64,000 bases of DNA, from IMG/VR virus record IMGVR_UViG_2791355382_000001, positions 1-64,000 of that record. One strand, 5' to 3'. The notes under the pieces were generated by a model that did no database searches, was not told where the DNA came from, and was given only the letters and a program-made list of their open reading frames with translations. This DNA is from a virus (Duplodnaviria > Heunggongvirae > Uroviricota > Caudoviricetes). Positions 1 through 10,799 of the stretch are shown here, in pieces (positions within the stretch are counted from its first letter, which is position 1; each line of letters begins with the position of its first letter). A program made the translations under genes and the position numbers.

Positions 1-2
1 GG

Positions 3-110
3 GCAATGTCTACTGATTTGTACGGTATGGCTAAGACATTAACCCCACCAACACCGCCAACACCACCAACACTCCACTACCATCATACGAACGTTGCTTT
101 GCAACATTAA
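3..110 (+). CDS. 3' end of a surface/cell-wall protein gene (start lies outside the window); C-terminus reads ...TLTPPTPPTPPTLHYHHTNVALQH
   Basis: An open frame runs from the window edge to a TAA at 108-110. Its C-terminal TPPTPPT-HYHHTNVAL motif also ends the minus-strand fragment at 3852..4685. At DNA level, 50-110 is an inverted copy of 3890-3950. Confidence 0.4.
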   Translation, partial: AMSTDLYGMAKTLTPPTPPTPPTLHYHHTNVALQH

Positions 111-264
111 TAGCTTGAGCAAACCTTGATCTAAACGCATTTTAAAATTAATCACGAGTCACTTTTGGTAAAATAATGTTTGAAATTAGCCTTGATTTTT
201 GGCTTAAATGATAAGTTAAATCTATGTTAAAACATAAATTATAATTATAGGAAGGAATAAAAAA

Positions 265-1200
265 ATGACACAAAGAGTAAGCAAAAAGTTAGTACATAAG
301 TATTATAAAGAATGGATTGAATTGTATAAGAAAGGTGCGGTAAGACACTCTACTTACCTTAAGTACGAACTTGCATACCAACACTTAAAACGACTATGCC
401 CTAACCTGCACATGAATGAATTGAATAGAAAAAGATACCAACTGTTGCTAAACGAGTACGCTGAAGAACATGTTAGAGAAACTACTATGGACTTTCACCA
501 TCACCTAAAAGCAGCCTTCGTTGATGCCTATGAAGATGGTTTAATCAAACAAGACCCTACGAGAAAAGCTATCATTAAAGGTAAACCTAAGGTTGATAAA
601 AAGAAAAAGTTTTTGGACTTGTTTGAACTTAAGGCTTTGATGCAACAGTTAGACTTGCCTGAAGATCAAGTTAACTGGGACTGGTTTGTTTATCTAATTA
701 GCAAGACTGGGTTAAGGTTTGCTGAAGCTTTGGCTTTAACTCCAAACGACTTTGATTTTAAAGGTAAGCAAATAGTTGTCAACAAATCTTGGAACTACAA
801 GTTTGGTGGTGGCTTTCAACCTACTAAAAACGAAAGTTCCAACCGCAAAGTTATCGTTGATCCAAGCCTGTTGAAAAACTTTAAAAGACTGTTAAAAGGA
901 CTTGATCCAAACGCTCCAATCTTCGTTAAAGACAACCAAAAGATATTTAACTCAACAATCAACAGTCGTTTAAACACGCTATGCAAACGAGCTGGTATCT
1001 CCCCTATTACAATTCATGGACTAAGGCATACTCATGCGTCCCTATTGCTGTTTAGCGGAGTGTCAATTTTAAGCGTGTCTAAGAGGCTGGGTCATGCAAG
1101 CACCCTAACTACACAAAAAACTTATCTACATATTATTCAAGAATTAGAGAACAAGGATAATAATAAAGTGTTAAAACACCTTAGAGAACTAGAGAATTAA
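265..1200 (+). CDS. tyrosine site-specific recombinase (phage-integrase family)
   Basis: 311 aa with the C-terminal catalytic region HGLRHTHASLL...LGHASTLTTQKTYLH (RHR...Y pattern of tyrosine recombinases). An RBS precedes the start; a bidirectional terminator follows. Confidence 0.85.
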   Translation: MTQRVSKKLVHKYYKEWIELYKKGAVRHSTYLKYELAYQHLKRLCPNLHMNELNRKRYQLLLNEYAEEHVRETTMDFHHHLKAAFVDAYEDGLIKQDPTRKAIIKGKPKVDKKKKFLDLFELKALMQQLDLPEDQVNWDWFVYLISKTGLRFAEALALTPNDFDFKGKQIVVNKSWNYKFGGGFQPTKNESSNRKVIVDPSLLKNFKRLLKGLDPNAPIFVKDNQKIFNSTINSRLNTLCKRAGISPITIHGLRHTHASLLLFSGVSILSVSKRLGHASTLTTQKTYLHIIQELENKDNNKVLKHLRELEN

Positions 1201-1210
1201 CCTAAGAAAA

Positions 1211-1252
1211 GAGGCTAGGAAAACTAATTCCTAACCTCTTTTTTTGTTTCTA
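1211..1252. terminator. bidirectional rho-independent terminator between the integrase and wzx
   Basis: Hairpin AAGAGGCTAGG-loop-CCTAACCTCTT followed by a T7 run. On the other strand it is an A-run plus hairpin, so it serves the convergent genes on both sides. Confidence 0.6.
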
Positions 1253-2673
1253 ATCAGTTTTATCTTATCTAAAATTGTAGGTTTTAAGACTAAAAGTACT
1301 AAAATGTAAATTGCTATTCCTATTATCACTTCTAGCCCTGTATACATAATTCCTTGTAGGTTCATTTCTTTTGGCTTCCAAAGCAACTCTAGGTAGTAAA
1401 CAGGAACAAACATTACGAGGCCTGCTATTAGATATTTAATAAAGTTTTCAAACATCTTCTTTAAAGCAACACTGTATCTAACTACCCATAATTGATAAAC
1501 TGTAACAGCTAGTTCTGATAACACTGTTGCCCAAACAGCTCCATACAAGCCCCATAAATAGATAAATGGGAAGTTAAGTACAATATTAACAACTGCCCCA
1601 AATACTACTGATATTGTAAAAGACCTAACTTTATTTGTAGGTAAAAGATATTGAGTTCCTACAACATTGCTCCAACCAATTAGAACAATTACTATTGATT
1701 CAATCATTAAAGCCAAACCTACTGGGTCAAAACCTGGGCCATAAAACATTGTACCTAAATACTTTGATACAGCAGCTAAACCAAACATCATAGCAATAGC
1801 TAAACAGGACACGAAATCAAACGAATTATACAACAGTTCATTTACTTTCTTAGTTTCTCCTTTAGCAAAAGCATTAGATACATGAGGTAACATAACTGTT
1901 CCAGTTGCTGTTACTAGACCTAAAACAACCTTAACAAGAGCGTCAGATTGATTATAAAATCCAGCAGAAGTAGCTCCAGCAAAAATACCTAACATGTTTT
2001 TATTCAAAATCAAATAAATTTGTGTCGCAATTTGTGGAACAAACAATGATACAGTTGGAACAAAGTGCCTTAATGGGTGTAATTCTTTAATACTTATCTT
2101 GGTTAATAAAACTCTTAGATGGGGCCATAGGGTTAAATTACCACCAATTAAAGACAAAGCTAGAATTACAATGTATACACCTACATCACTAGCATCTCTA
2201 ACAAACATAAAAATCATTGCTAAAGACGCTAGTTTAACCATTGTATTTCTAATAACTGTTCGTTTGAAGTCTTCAATTCCCATATATAGCCAAGAAATAT
2301 CTATTGCAGCTGCGATAATGTTTAAAGATTGTAATATCATGTACCAGTAATACTTACGGTAAACTTGGATAAATAGTGCAAATAAGAAAAAAGCTACAAC
2401 CGTCATTATTACTTTAAGAATTTGGATTTCCCAAAAGGTCTGAGTCATTTTCTTTTTATCTTCACGCACATACGCTATCTCACGGTTACCATAATAAGAG
2501 ATACCAATACCAGCAATTAAAACAAACCATTGGATTAAAGAGTTCGTGTAAGAATTAATCCCAACTCCTTCAGGTTTTAAAACACGTCCAATATAAGGGC
2601 CTGTTATCAACGGTAAGATTAACGCTAAGATATTATATCCTGCATTGTAAAGATAATTTTTGATTACCCTCAT
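1231..2673 (-). CDS. wzx: polysaccharide/oligosaccharide flippase (Wzx-like, MOP superfamily)
   Basis: 480 aa with about 12-14 predicted TM helices and the hydrophobic profile typical of Wzx/polysaccharide-biosynthesis proteins. It sits immediately downstream of glf in the same orientation. Confidence 0.75.
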   Translation of the reverse strand: MRVIKNYLYNAGYNILALILPLITGPYIGRVLKPEGVGINSYTNSLIQWFVLIAGIGISYYGNREIAYVREDKKKMTQTFWEIQILKVIMTVVAFFLFALFIQVYRKYYWYMILQSLNIIAAAIDISWLYMGIEDFKRTVIRNTMVKLASLAMIFMFVRDASDVGVYIVILALSLIGGNLTLWPHLRVLLTKISIKELHPLRHFVPTVSLFVPQIATQIYLILNKNMLGIFAGATSAGFYNQSDALVKVVLGLVTATGTVMLPHVSNAFAKGETKKVNELLYNSFDFVSCLAIAMMFGLAAVSKYLGTMFYGPGFDPVGLALMIESIVIVLIGWSNVVGTQYLLPTNKVRSFTISVVFGAVVNIVLNFPFIYLWGLYGAVWATVLSELAVTVYQLWVVRYSVALKKMFENFIKYLIAGLVMFVPVYYLELLWKPKEMNLQGIMYTGLEVIIGIAIYILVLLVLKPTILDKIKLIRNKKRG

Positions 2674-2675
2674 AA

Positions 2676-3833
2676 CTATCCCTCAAATTCATTCTTAACA
2701 GTTATTAAAGCTGCTCCTATAACTTGATCCATGTTGTAGTAACGATATTGACCTAAACGTCCACCAAAGATTACATTTTCAGTTTCTTTACTTGCCAGTT
2801 CTTGATATCGCTTGTAAAGGCTGTTGTTTTTACTGTCATTCACTGGATAGTAAGGTTCATCGCCACGTTTCCAATCAGCTGGATATTCACGAGTGATAAC
2901 CGTCTTACCCTTTTCACCTTTACCAAATTCAAAATGCTTGTGTTCGATTATTCTAGTATAAGGTGTTTCAGCGTCTGTATAGTTCACTACAGCATTACCT
3001 TGATGATTATCTTCATCTAACACTTCTGTTTCAAAGCGTAAACTTCTATATTCTAATTCTCCAAGTTTGTAATCAAAGAATTGATCAATCATACCTGTAA
3101 AGACAACTTTATCGTATTCTTTTAGATATTCTTCTTTATGGTCAAAGAAATCTACCCCTGTTTCTACAGTAATATTGTCATGATCCAACATCTTTTCAAC
3201 AATTTGTGTGTAACCGCCAATTGGAATGCCTTGATATGTATCATTGAAATAGTTGTTATCATAAGTTAAACGCACTGGTAAGCGGCGAATGATAAAAGCT
3301 GGTAGCTCTGTAGCTTTACGTCCCCATTGTTTTTCTGTATAACCCTTGATTAATTTTTCATAAATGTCTGTTCCAATTAATGAAATAGCTTGTTCTTCAA
3401 GGTTTTCTGGTTTCTTACCATTAAGAACTGCACGTTGTTCTTCAATTTTAGCTATAGCTTCTTTAGGAGTTGCAACTCCCCAAAGTTTATTAAATGTGTT
3501 CATGTTAAAAGGCAAGTTATAAATTTCACCATTATAATTAGCTACTGGACTATTAGTATAACGATTAAATTCAGCAAATTGGTTTACATATTCCCAAATT
3601 TCTTTCTTAGAAGTATGAAAGATATGTGCGCCAAATTGATGAACTTGAATACCGTGTACTTCTTTTGTATAAATATTTCCAGCAACGTGTTCTCTTTTTT
3701 CAATAACTTTTACTTTATGTCCTCTTTGAGCAGCTTCGTGTGCAAATACTGCACCGAAAAGACCTGCACCTACTACTAAATAATTTGTCACTTTATAGTT
3801 CCTCCAAATTTTATATATTACTTTTACTAACAA
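2676..3833 (-). CDS. glf: UDP-galactopyranose mutase
   Basis: 385 aa. N-terminal FAD-binding GxGxxG (VVGAGLFGAVFAHEAA) plus family-specific motifs (HGIQVHQFGAHIFHT, YTEKQWG, GRLGQYRYYNMDQVI). Confidence 0.9.
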   Translation of the reverse strand: MLVKVIYKIWRNYKVTNYLVVGAGLFGAVFAHEAAQRGHKVKVIEKREHVAGNIYTKEVHGIQVHQFGAHIFHTSKKEIWEYVNQFAEFNRYTNSPVANYNGEIYNLPFNMNTFNKLWGVATPKEAIAKIEEQRAVLNGKKPENLEEQAISLIGTDIYEKLIKGYTEKQWGRKATELPAFIIRRLPVRLTYDNNYFNDTYQGIPIGGYTQIVEKMLDHDNITVETGVDFFDHKEEYLKEYDKVVFTGMIDQFFDYKLGELEYRSLRFETEVLDEDNHQGNAVVNYTDAETPYTRIIEHKHFEFGKGEKGKTVITREYPADWKRGDEPYYPVNDSKNNSLYKRYQELASKETENVIFGGRLGQYRYYNMDQVIGAALITVKNEFEG

Positions 3834-3851
3834 AATACATTAATTTTATCA

Positions 3852-4787
3852 TTAAAATTGGCCGATTGGTAGCTTATAACAGCTTTTTAGCAAAGCAACG
3901 TTTGTATGATGATAGTGGATTGTTGGTGGTGTTGGTGGTGTACTTTTAATAGGTAATGGAATGCCACCTAGATTCTGATGATAGAAACCCATAAATCCTG
4001 AACCATCAGGAGCGCCATTTCCCCAAGCTGGGTCAGCAGCACTAAATACATATGATACAGTGCTTGAGTTAGGTACTAAGAACCATGATTGATACTGTGT
4101 ATTCTTACCTTCAGAGAAGTCATCAACACCATTTGTATTAATAGATCCAAGATAACCATTTCCGCTATAATCTTTATTCTCAGAACCACGCAAAGCACTA
4201 ACAGCATTATAAACAGCAACTGATTGCGCAGCATCAACGTCACCTACACCAACTAGACTAGTTATATTAATTGGTGTATTAGTACCATGTTCTAAGAATG
4301 TAAGTCCATATTTAACAGCACCAATTCCAGCTACATCAGAACCGATATACTTTTCTCCAACCATAATCATTGAAGGCAGACCATACTTTCCACTGTAGTT
4401 TAAACCCAGTCCTTGTACGGTAACTTTAAGATCAATGCTTTTACCTGATTTAGTATCGGTAAAGGCATTATTATATTTCCAAGTTGTTCCTTGCGATAGC
4501 TTATATAAGCTACCGTAAGCTTTAGATGAAATATAACCTTTTAATCCTGGATCTACTTTAGGATTAGACAAGATAGAGTTGAGTTCATTTTGATTAAAAC
4601 TTTGTAAAGTTCCTTTATCGAAGGTCATATTGGCACCAGCACTAATATATGATACGTTAGGTAAGTTTTTACCTAGAAAGTCCAAAACTTGTTGAACAGA
4701 CCAACCTGTTTTAGCTGCTGCTTCCTCTAAAAATTTTTGATTATCTTTTTCCCAATTAGCATACGTATCTCTGTATTGTTGTACTTG
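3852..4787 (-). pseudogene. N-terminally truncated fragment of a surface/cell-wall-associated protein gene (TPPTPP-tailed family)
   Basis: The frame stays open upstream of the called TTG start (4685) for about 34 more codons, up to a stop at about 4788-4790, with no ATG/GTG/TTG. The C-terminus TPPTPPTIHYHHTNVALL duplicates the window-edge gene in inverted orientation. Confidence 0.45.
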
Positions 4788-4975
4788 AGTGTTATTTAGC
4801 CTTAACTTACACTAATTAGCATACCCTAATTCTAACAAATAACTCAACTATTTTATTAACTTTTAAGCAAAAAAAGAGCTAGGATTTCTCCTAACTCTGT
4901 CATCATCACAGGTTTTTCCGTTGCCTGCCAACCGACTAGCTCTTATGTCTAGCATTGTTTTAAGTCTATCATAGA

Positions 4976-5755
4976 CTAAGCACTCTGTCTAATTGTGTAA
5001 GCGTAATAGAACATATAATACTTCTTGAACAACGTTTTATCTAATGATACGTCAAAGTAGTCCTTACGGCGAAATACACTAGAGGCATAGTGTTTAAGCA
5101 CATCTTTATCAATGCCTTGGATAAACTCTTTTAACTCATCTTCACTGATTGGCTTTACGTGGTTTACTTTGCTAGCCAAAACAACACATTCATCGAAGTT
5201 TGGTGTAGCTTTATCTACGCTAATGTAATTGTTGTCACGAAACTCTTTGCTAGCGTCGTTTGTCATGCCAATAATTTTTAAGAAATTGGTATCGCTAATC
5301 ATCTTATCACGCTTTAGGAACTCGTTATAAATATACTTAGATTTAGCGTAGATTAAGGTATTTCCCATGATACGATTACCCTTGAGTATGTCATACATAT
5401 CGTAGTAATCAGACTTTTCGTGCAACTCCATCGCCAACTCTAACACATCGTCAAATGTACGAGCTTGTTTCAAAATCTTTTGATAGAGGCTACCCTTTTC
5501 TTTTAATATATCGTCGATTGAAGCGTAGAGTTCGCCTATTTTAGGGTAGCTATCAACCTTCTTTTTATAGCCTGGGTAAATTATGTTATTCCAAGCTCTT
5601 AAGAACTCAGGCGAAGGCTCTATCGTACCGTTTAAATAATTGATAACACTTTGCTTGTTTCTGTCTACGACATTAATGCTTTTAATAATCATTTTTTCGT
5701 TAATTCTAGGGTCTAATTCACGTAATTCTTCAAATTGTTTTTGTATTAAAGTCAT
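4976..5755 (-). CDS. hypothetical protein (259 aa), 3' gene of a two-gene operon
   Basis: Long ORF with the coding periodicity of its neighbours. Its start abuts the stop of the upstream ORF (5755/5757). No recognisable motif. Confidence 0.5.
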   Translation of the reverse strand: MTLIQKQFEELRELDPRINEKMIIKSINVVDRNKQSVINYLNGTIEPSPEFLRAWNNIIYPGYKKKVDSYPKIGELYASIDDILKEKGSLYQKILKQARTFDDVLELAMELHEKSDYYDMYDILKGNRIMGNTLIYAKSKYIYNEFLKRDKMISDTNFLKIIGMTNDASKEFRDNNYISVDKATPNFDECVVLASKVNHVKPISEDELKEFIQGIDKDVLKHYASSVFRRKDYFDVSLDKTLFKKYYMFYYAYTIRQSA

Positions 5756-5756
5756 G

Positions 5757-6473
5757 TTAAATCAACCCCATGTAAGTTGTGTCTTGGTCTTTACGCTTAG
5801 AGAAGTCAAACGAATAGTTAGGTAACAATCTATAGAGCGTATTAGCTATTTCATTGTAGATACGAGCGTCCTTACAAATCTTTTCAGGGTTATTAAACAA
5901 ATCTACATCGAAGTTCAATTTATTCGCTAGTTCAGCGTTAGATAAAACGTTAGACCCATCGCCTAATCTAACACGGAAAATAAGGTTGCGAATTTGACGG
6001 TAGTTTTGAAGTGTATTGGTAAAGTTATAATCCAACTTATAGGAAGGAATTAAGTCTAAGCGTAGCATTTCGTACACATCAATTGCATAAGCGTTAGGCT
6101 TAGCATTAGGATTACTGTTGTTTAAAATCTTGGATAAACTACCGTCACTTAAGTTTGCTAATACAGATAATTGTGACCTAGAAATATTCTTCTTGTACAA
6201 GTTGTATTCAGCGTAAGCGTCAACCACATCTTGCATGGTTAGATTGCTGTAGTCAATCAAGGACTCATCAAGGATTTTCAAAGCGTCAACTAAAGCGTCA
6301 TAAGTTCTTTCGTCATCAGGGTCTTTAGCCAGCCTTAAAAATGTCCCCATAGCTGAGGTTGAATAGTAGTTGAAAAAACCAAAGATTGAACTGAAATATT
6401 TTACAGTTATTCTAGGGTCTTTGGTTGTTACTCGTTCAAACAGTTTAATAATTTCTTTATTTGGTTTTGTCAT
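5757..6473 (-). CDS. hypothetical protein (238 aa), 5' gene of a two-gene operon
   Basis: ORF with an RBS, followed 1 nt later by the 259-aa ORF. No recognisable motif. Confidence 0.5.
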   Translation of the reverse strand: MTKPNKEIIKLFERVTTKDPRITVKYFSSIFGFFNYYSTSAMGTFLRLAKDPDDERTYDALVDALKILDESLIDYSNLTMQDVVDAYAEYNLYKKNISRSQLSVLANLSDGSLSKILNNSNPNAKPNAYAIDVYEMLRLDLIPSYKLDYNFTNTLQNYRQIRNLIFRVRLGDGSNVLSNAELANKLNFDVDLFNNPEKICKDARIYNEIANTLYRLLPNYSFDFSKRKDQDTTYMGLI

Positions 6474-6730
6474 ATATCTTACCTGTCCTTAACTCTTAAT
6501 TTTATTTTTTGCAAGAAACACATATTGCATTTCTTTCTTTACTCAACTAGTGTAAAGAAAAAATAAATTTAAAGCAAATAAAAATTAATTATTATTAGCC
6601 TATTCAAACGTTTTCTTTATTTTTTGTTGCATTAAAAAAGCCCTACAATTCAACAATTGTAAGGCTTTCATAATGAAGACAAATATTTTTGTTTACTTTT
6701 TTATTAAGGTTATTTAACCCCTTGTTACAG

Positions 6731-9565
6731 CTAAAGTTGACCCTTGTCGTTACCTTCAGTCACGTCTTTGACCTTATCGCTTGAACTTGCAACAATACTT
6801 CCAGTAGACCTATGAGAATCAACGGTTTCAGCGTCTTTTTGAGCTTTATACCACTCTTCAAGTTCTTTCAGGAAAGAATTGTAAGGTGAATTTGATTTAC
6901 GTATGCCATGAAACATATTTCTACCTTTATTTTTACTTTGATCTCCATCTTTATTTTCGTCATCAAGCTTAGGAAGTTCAGGGGCCTTTTTATTCGTGTT
7001 ATTTTCAATCAGTTCTTCACGGTGATTGTATAGGTAGAACCAGTACTTTTTATCTAAAGCTTTGAGCTTATCCAAAGTCCAATCTGGTGTTGGTTTAGGG
7101 TCTGGGATAGCAACGTCTTCTGTATCTATATAGTCAGTGTTGGTACCATCGCCGTCAGAAACCGTAGTTTCCATTTCTGCTAAAACTTCTTCACGACTGA
7201 TTACATAATCGTTTCTACCAAACTTCTTGGTTAAGCTGTCGTTCAAAGCGTTCATGGTATCTTCTGAAAGATATGGTGAGTTACCGTGTTCAAAGTTAGC
7301 AACACCGTTCATGATAGAGTAAAACTCACCAGGTTGTGAGATAAAGTGAGCCTTGATACCAGTGTCTGGCAAAGCAATGTCAGATTCAATAGCTTCACTA
7401 AGTCCTAACGATACACGACCTGTGATGTTAGCGGTAATGTTACCTCTAATCTTATCTTTACGAGCTGTTTGGTTAGCGAATAACAAGCGTATACCTGTAG
7501 AACGAGCCATCTTAGCTAAGTATTCAAACCTATCGGCTGTTCCTAGCTTGCTTACTTCAGTTGGTTTTAGATCGTTGTCTTTATCCATGATTGCAGAAAA
7601 TTCGTCAACGATTACTAAAAGTTCAGGCATCTTTTGGTCTGGGAATTTCTTATTAAATTCGGCCAACTTTTGCACTGAGTTTTCTTTAAAGATAGCAATT
7701 CTTCTTCTAACTTCGTTTTCAAGGTGCTTGATTAAAGCTCTAGCATATTCAATATCCCCTGACGCATCAGCTGGTTGAGCATAAACGTATGGATTAGGGT
7801 GTCCTTTATCATTACGCATAAATTCAAAGGAGTTACCTTTACCATCAATAAATACCATCTTAACTTGGCTAGGATCAACAGCTGACATAACTGAATAAAC
7901 AATAGTCATGATTGTAACTGTCTTACCTGTACCAGTCTTACCAAATAAGATAGCGTGAGGGTTGCTATCACCTAGTTCAAAGTAGATAGGATTACCTAAT
8001 TCATCAACACCTAACATACCTGAAATAAGGTTTGATACACCCTTTTTACGAGCTAGGATCATATCGCTAAATGAAGCTGGCACGTTTACACCATTATCAA
8101 TAGAAAGCTTTAAGATACCTGCTGATAAAGTAACGATTGGTGTTGCTTTAATACGTAGGTAGTTAGCAATTTGTTTTTGAATACGATCAAAGTTGTCAGG
8201 CAAGTTAGGGTCTTGCGGTAGTACATATTCGTAAATAGCGTTGTTACCGCCGACTTCAACCTTCTTGAATTGACCGTTGATCTTAACAGCGTTCAAAGCC
8301 ATTGTTACATCTGGAATACGAGCTTTGGCTTTACGCATAGCAATTGAGCGTTGGGTTTTTGCATCATTTTTAGTTTTAGGATCAATAGCAGGTGGAATCA
8401 CGCTTAGGTCAAGATTTTGTTGAACCTTGAAGTTAGCTACTTCTGCACTTTCATCAATCGCATATCTATATTCAGACAATTTGATAAAACGTCTGTAAAT
8501 AGCGTAAGGTGTTAAATGACCGATGTAATTAAGGATCGAACCAATTTTTTCAAAGTATGAAACTAAGTAACCTTTACCACCTTGACTAGTGCTATTGTCA
8601 GGGTTAAATGGATTAGTAAAAATATCCTTCCATGCACCTAGTTGTTCATCAGCTTCATAACTAACTGAAGAGTTAAAGGTATAACCCTTTAACTTAGAGT
8701 TGTATGTAGGGTCTGATGGAAAGAAGATTGAGTTGCCAGAAATACGATCGCCTAAGCCTTTAAGGGCATTTTCAATTGAGCGGTCGGTTTCAGTTTCTCT
8801 TGACTGTCTGATTAAGATTTGTGCTTCTCTGACTCCATTAGCCGTAGTTTTAATCTTAATCTTAGTTCTTCTCATCGCTACCGCCGTAGCTTTTTTAGTT
8901 TGTGTAGCAGCAGTTCCCCCTGCCCCATCTTTAAACGGTTGCCCATTGTCTTGATAGCCTTGTACCGCAGCTTCGTAACTGTCGTTTAGGTTTTCTTTGA
9001 TTTTAGCTCTAAGTTTACCAGCTAAAATAAAGTCTGCCATCGGTGTTTGTCTACCGACTAGGTATAAGAATACTCTAGGGAATGTTAGATAAGCTGGAAC
9101 AACTACGTTAGCTGTTCGTGGGAAAGATACTCTCCAAACTAAGGCAATGCTGTCGATAATCGCTCCAAAAAAGAAGGTAACAACAAATGCTTGCCAGTAG
9201 TACCAACGATAATCACCAATCTTAGTGCTAATCCAGTGCGAAACTAGTTCATACTTTTGATGAATGGATTGCATAAACGGTGATTGTAAGAATAATTCCC
9301 AAAAGGTATGAAACCTAGCTGCAAGCATAACCCAAATTGGTTGCTTCAATAGTATAGGGTGTAAAGTCCAATGCCAAAAAGCCCAAAGACCAGCAAAGCA
9401 CCCAACTATAATTGCGCCAGTGATAACCTTATCCCAAGCAATATCAATGTTGGCTTTAATCCATGCTCTAAAGCTAAATTCAATCAACCAAAACAACACA
9501 GCAAAGGCGATACCATAAGGTAAAACATAATGTAAGATAAACCAAATAATTGATTCAAAATTCAC
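6731..9565 (-). CDS. FtsK/SpoIIIE-family DNA translocase, putative type IV coupling protein (TcpA-like) with N-terminal TM segments and a long C-terminal extension
   Basis: 944 aa. Four N-terminal TM helices. Walker A FGKTGTGKTVTIMT and Walker B LLVIVDEFSAIM in an FtsK-like motor domain. Conjugation-gene context. Confidence 0.8.
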   Translation of the reverse strand: MNFESIIWFILHYVLPYGIAFAVLFWLIEFSFRAWIKANIDIAWDKVITGAIIVGCFAGLWAFWHWTLHPILLKQPIWVMLAARFHTFWELFLQSPFMQSIHQKYELVSHWISTKIGDYRWYYWQAFVVTFFFGAIIDSIALVWRVSFPRTANVVVPAYLTFPRVFLYLVGRQTPMADFILAGKLRAKIKENLNDSYEAAVQGYQDNGQPFKDGAGGTAATQTKKATAVAMRRTKIKIKTTANGVREAQILIRQSRETETDRSIENALKGLGDRISGNSIFFPSDPTYNSKLKGYTFNSSVSYEADEQLGAWKDIFTNPFNPDNSTSQGGKGYLVSYFEKIGSILNYIGHLTPYAIYRRFIKLSEYRYAIDESAEVANFKVQQNLDLSVIPPAIDPKTKNDAKTQRSIAMRKAKARIPDVTMALNAVKINGQFKKVEVGGNNAIYEYVLPQDPNLPDNFDRIQKQIANYLRIKATPIVTLSAGILKLSIDNGVNVPASFSDMILARKKGVSNLISGMLGVDELGNPIYFELGDSNPHAILFGKTGTGKTVTIMTIVYSVMSAVDPSQVKMVFIDGKGNSFEFMRNDKGHPNPYVYAQPADASGDIEYARALIKHLENEVRRRIAIFKENSVQKLAEFNKKFPDQKMPELLVIVDEFSAIMDKDNDLKPTEVSKLGTADRFEYLAKMARSTGIRLLFANQTARKDKIRGNITANITGRVSLGLSEAIESDIALPDTGIKAHFISQPGEFYSIMNGVANFEHGNSPYLSEDTMNALNDSLTKKFGRNDYVISREEVLAEMETTVSDGDGTNTDYIDTEDVAIPDPKPTPDWTLDKLKALDKKYWFYLYNHREELIENNTNKKAPELPKLDDENKDGDQSKNKGRNMFHGIRKSNSPYNSFLKELEEWYKAQKDAETVDSHRSTGSIVASSSDKVKDVTEGNDKGQL

Positions 9566-10308
9566 TTTACACCACCGCCCTTAACGATTTTGATAGCTTG
9601 ACTTGGTGAAACAACATCAGCCTTATCCTTGTTTATCATCAAGATACTAGGGTATCTGTCAACTGTGATAAGCAAGTCAGGCCTAGCTTTTTTAACCCTA
9701 GCCAATTGTTCTTCATTAAATAATTGGAACCATGTTTCATCTTTATACCTAGCTCCAACTAAATCTTTAGTTCGCTTGAAAGCCAAAAATGAACTTACAT
9801 CATTAATGGTTAAACTAGGCATTGGTAATTGCTCCTTAGCTCGCTTTTCTTTAAGCTTTGTTTGTTTCTTTTTCCAAGCCTCAAAGCTAGCTTTCTTTTT
9901 ACGGTAAGCTCTAATGCCTAGCGTAATGTAGATTATATATAAAATAATTAATGGAACCATTACGTACGATAGTAAAGCCGTTAATGGTAAAGCGTTCAAT
10001 GCAGCGTTAATTGCCTTGTTTACAAAATCAAATATCTTATGAAGAAAACTGTATTTAAGGAAGTACCACAAGCCAAAGACAAGGATAAATTCAACCAGTG
10101 TGATGGCTATATAAACAGCAATGATCTTAGCTTTATTTGATTTTTTAGTAAAAACCTTTTGAAAAAGTCCTTTAAGCCCACCGTCTAGGTTTACTGCTTC
10201 ATCACTACTAGGGCTTGTGTAAACCATTAAATTAATATTTGCGATTAACATTAAAGCAAACATTATCCAAGGCAATAAATAAATCCAGGGTACGTTAATA
10301 CTGTTCAT
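9562..10308 (-). CDS. membrane protein (conjugation-associated, unknown function)
   Basis: 248 aa with several TM helices. Its stop overlaps the start of the FtsK-like gene (operon). Confidence 0.5.
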   Translation of the reverse strand: MNSINVPWIYLLPWIMFALMLIANINLMVYTSPSSDEAVNLDGGLKGLFQKVFTKKSNKAKIIAVYIAITLVEFILVFGLWYFLKYSFLHKIFDFVNKAINAALNALPLTALLSYVMVPLIILYIIYITLGIRAYRKKKASFEAWKKKQTKLKEKRAKEQLPMPSLTINDVSSFLAFKRTKDLVGARYKDETWFQLFNEEQLARVKKARPDLLITVDRYPSILMINKDKADVVSPSQAIKIVKGGGVK

Positions 10309-10782
10309 TTATTTCAGCACCTCGCTTATGTTGGCTTTGGAGTTAGTGTTATCGAACTTAACTACCAACCAACGATTGCCTAAAGACTTAATCTTAGCTA
10401 CAGTTGGTGTTTTGATACGGTTTTGATCGACTAGTAAAACAGGGAAACTTTTAGCGATATATGATAATTGTTTTTTATCCATTTTAGCTAAATCTAAAAC
10501 ATACACTGTCTTACCTTGTTTTCTTAGTTGTTTAACCTTAGGCACAATTGTTGATTCCATTTGTTCACAATGCTTGCAACCAGTTCTTCTTAACACTAGA
10601 TAAGCCTCACCTTGATGCTTGTTTAGTTGACTTATGCTTAAATTAATCGGTGTATCAACTGTTTGATACGAACTTTTATTATTCCTATGTGTAATCCCTA
10701 AAATAGCCCCTACAATAATGGCAATGATTAAAATGCCAGTAATTGTGATAGCTATTGTTTGAAAGTATGACTTTGACTTCAA
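10309..10782 (-). CDS. membrane-anchored thioredoxin-like protein (CxxC)
   Basis: 157 aa. N-terminal TM anchor and a CKHC motif in a thioredoxin-like context (VLRRTGCKHCEQM). Confidence 0.45.
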   Translation of the reverse strand: MKSKSYFQTIAITITGILIIAIIVGAILGITHRNNKSSYQTVDTPINLSISQLNKHQGEAYLVLRRTGCKHCEQMESTIVPKVKQLRKQGKTVYVLDLAKMDKKQLSYIAKSFPVLLVDQNRIKTPTVAKIKSLGNRWLVVKFDNTNSKANISEVLK

Positions 10783-10799
10783 TCAAACCACTCCCTATC

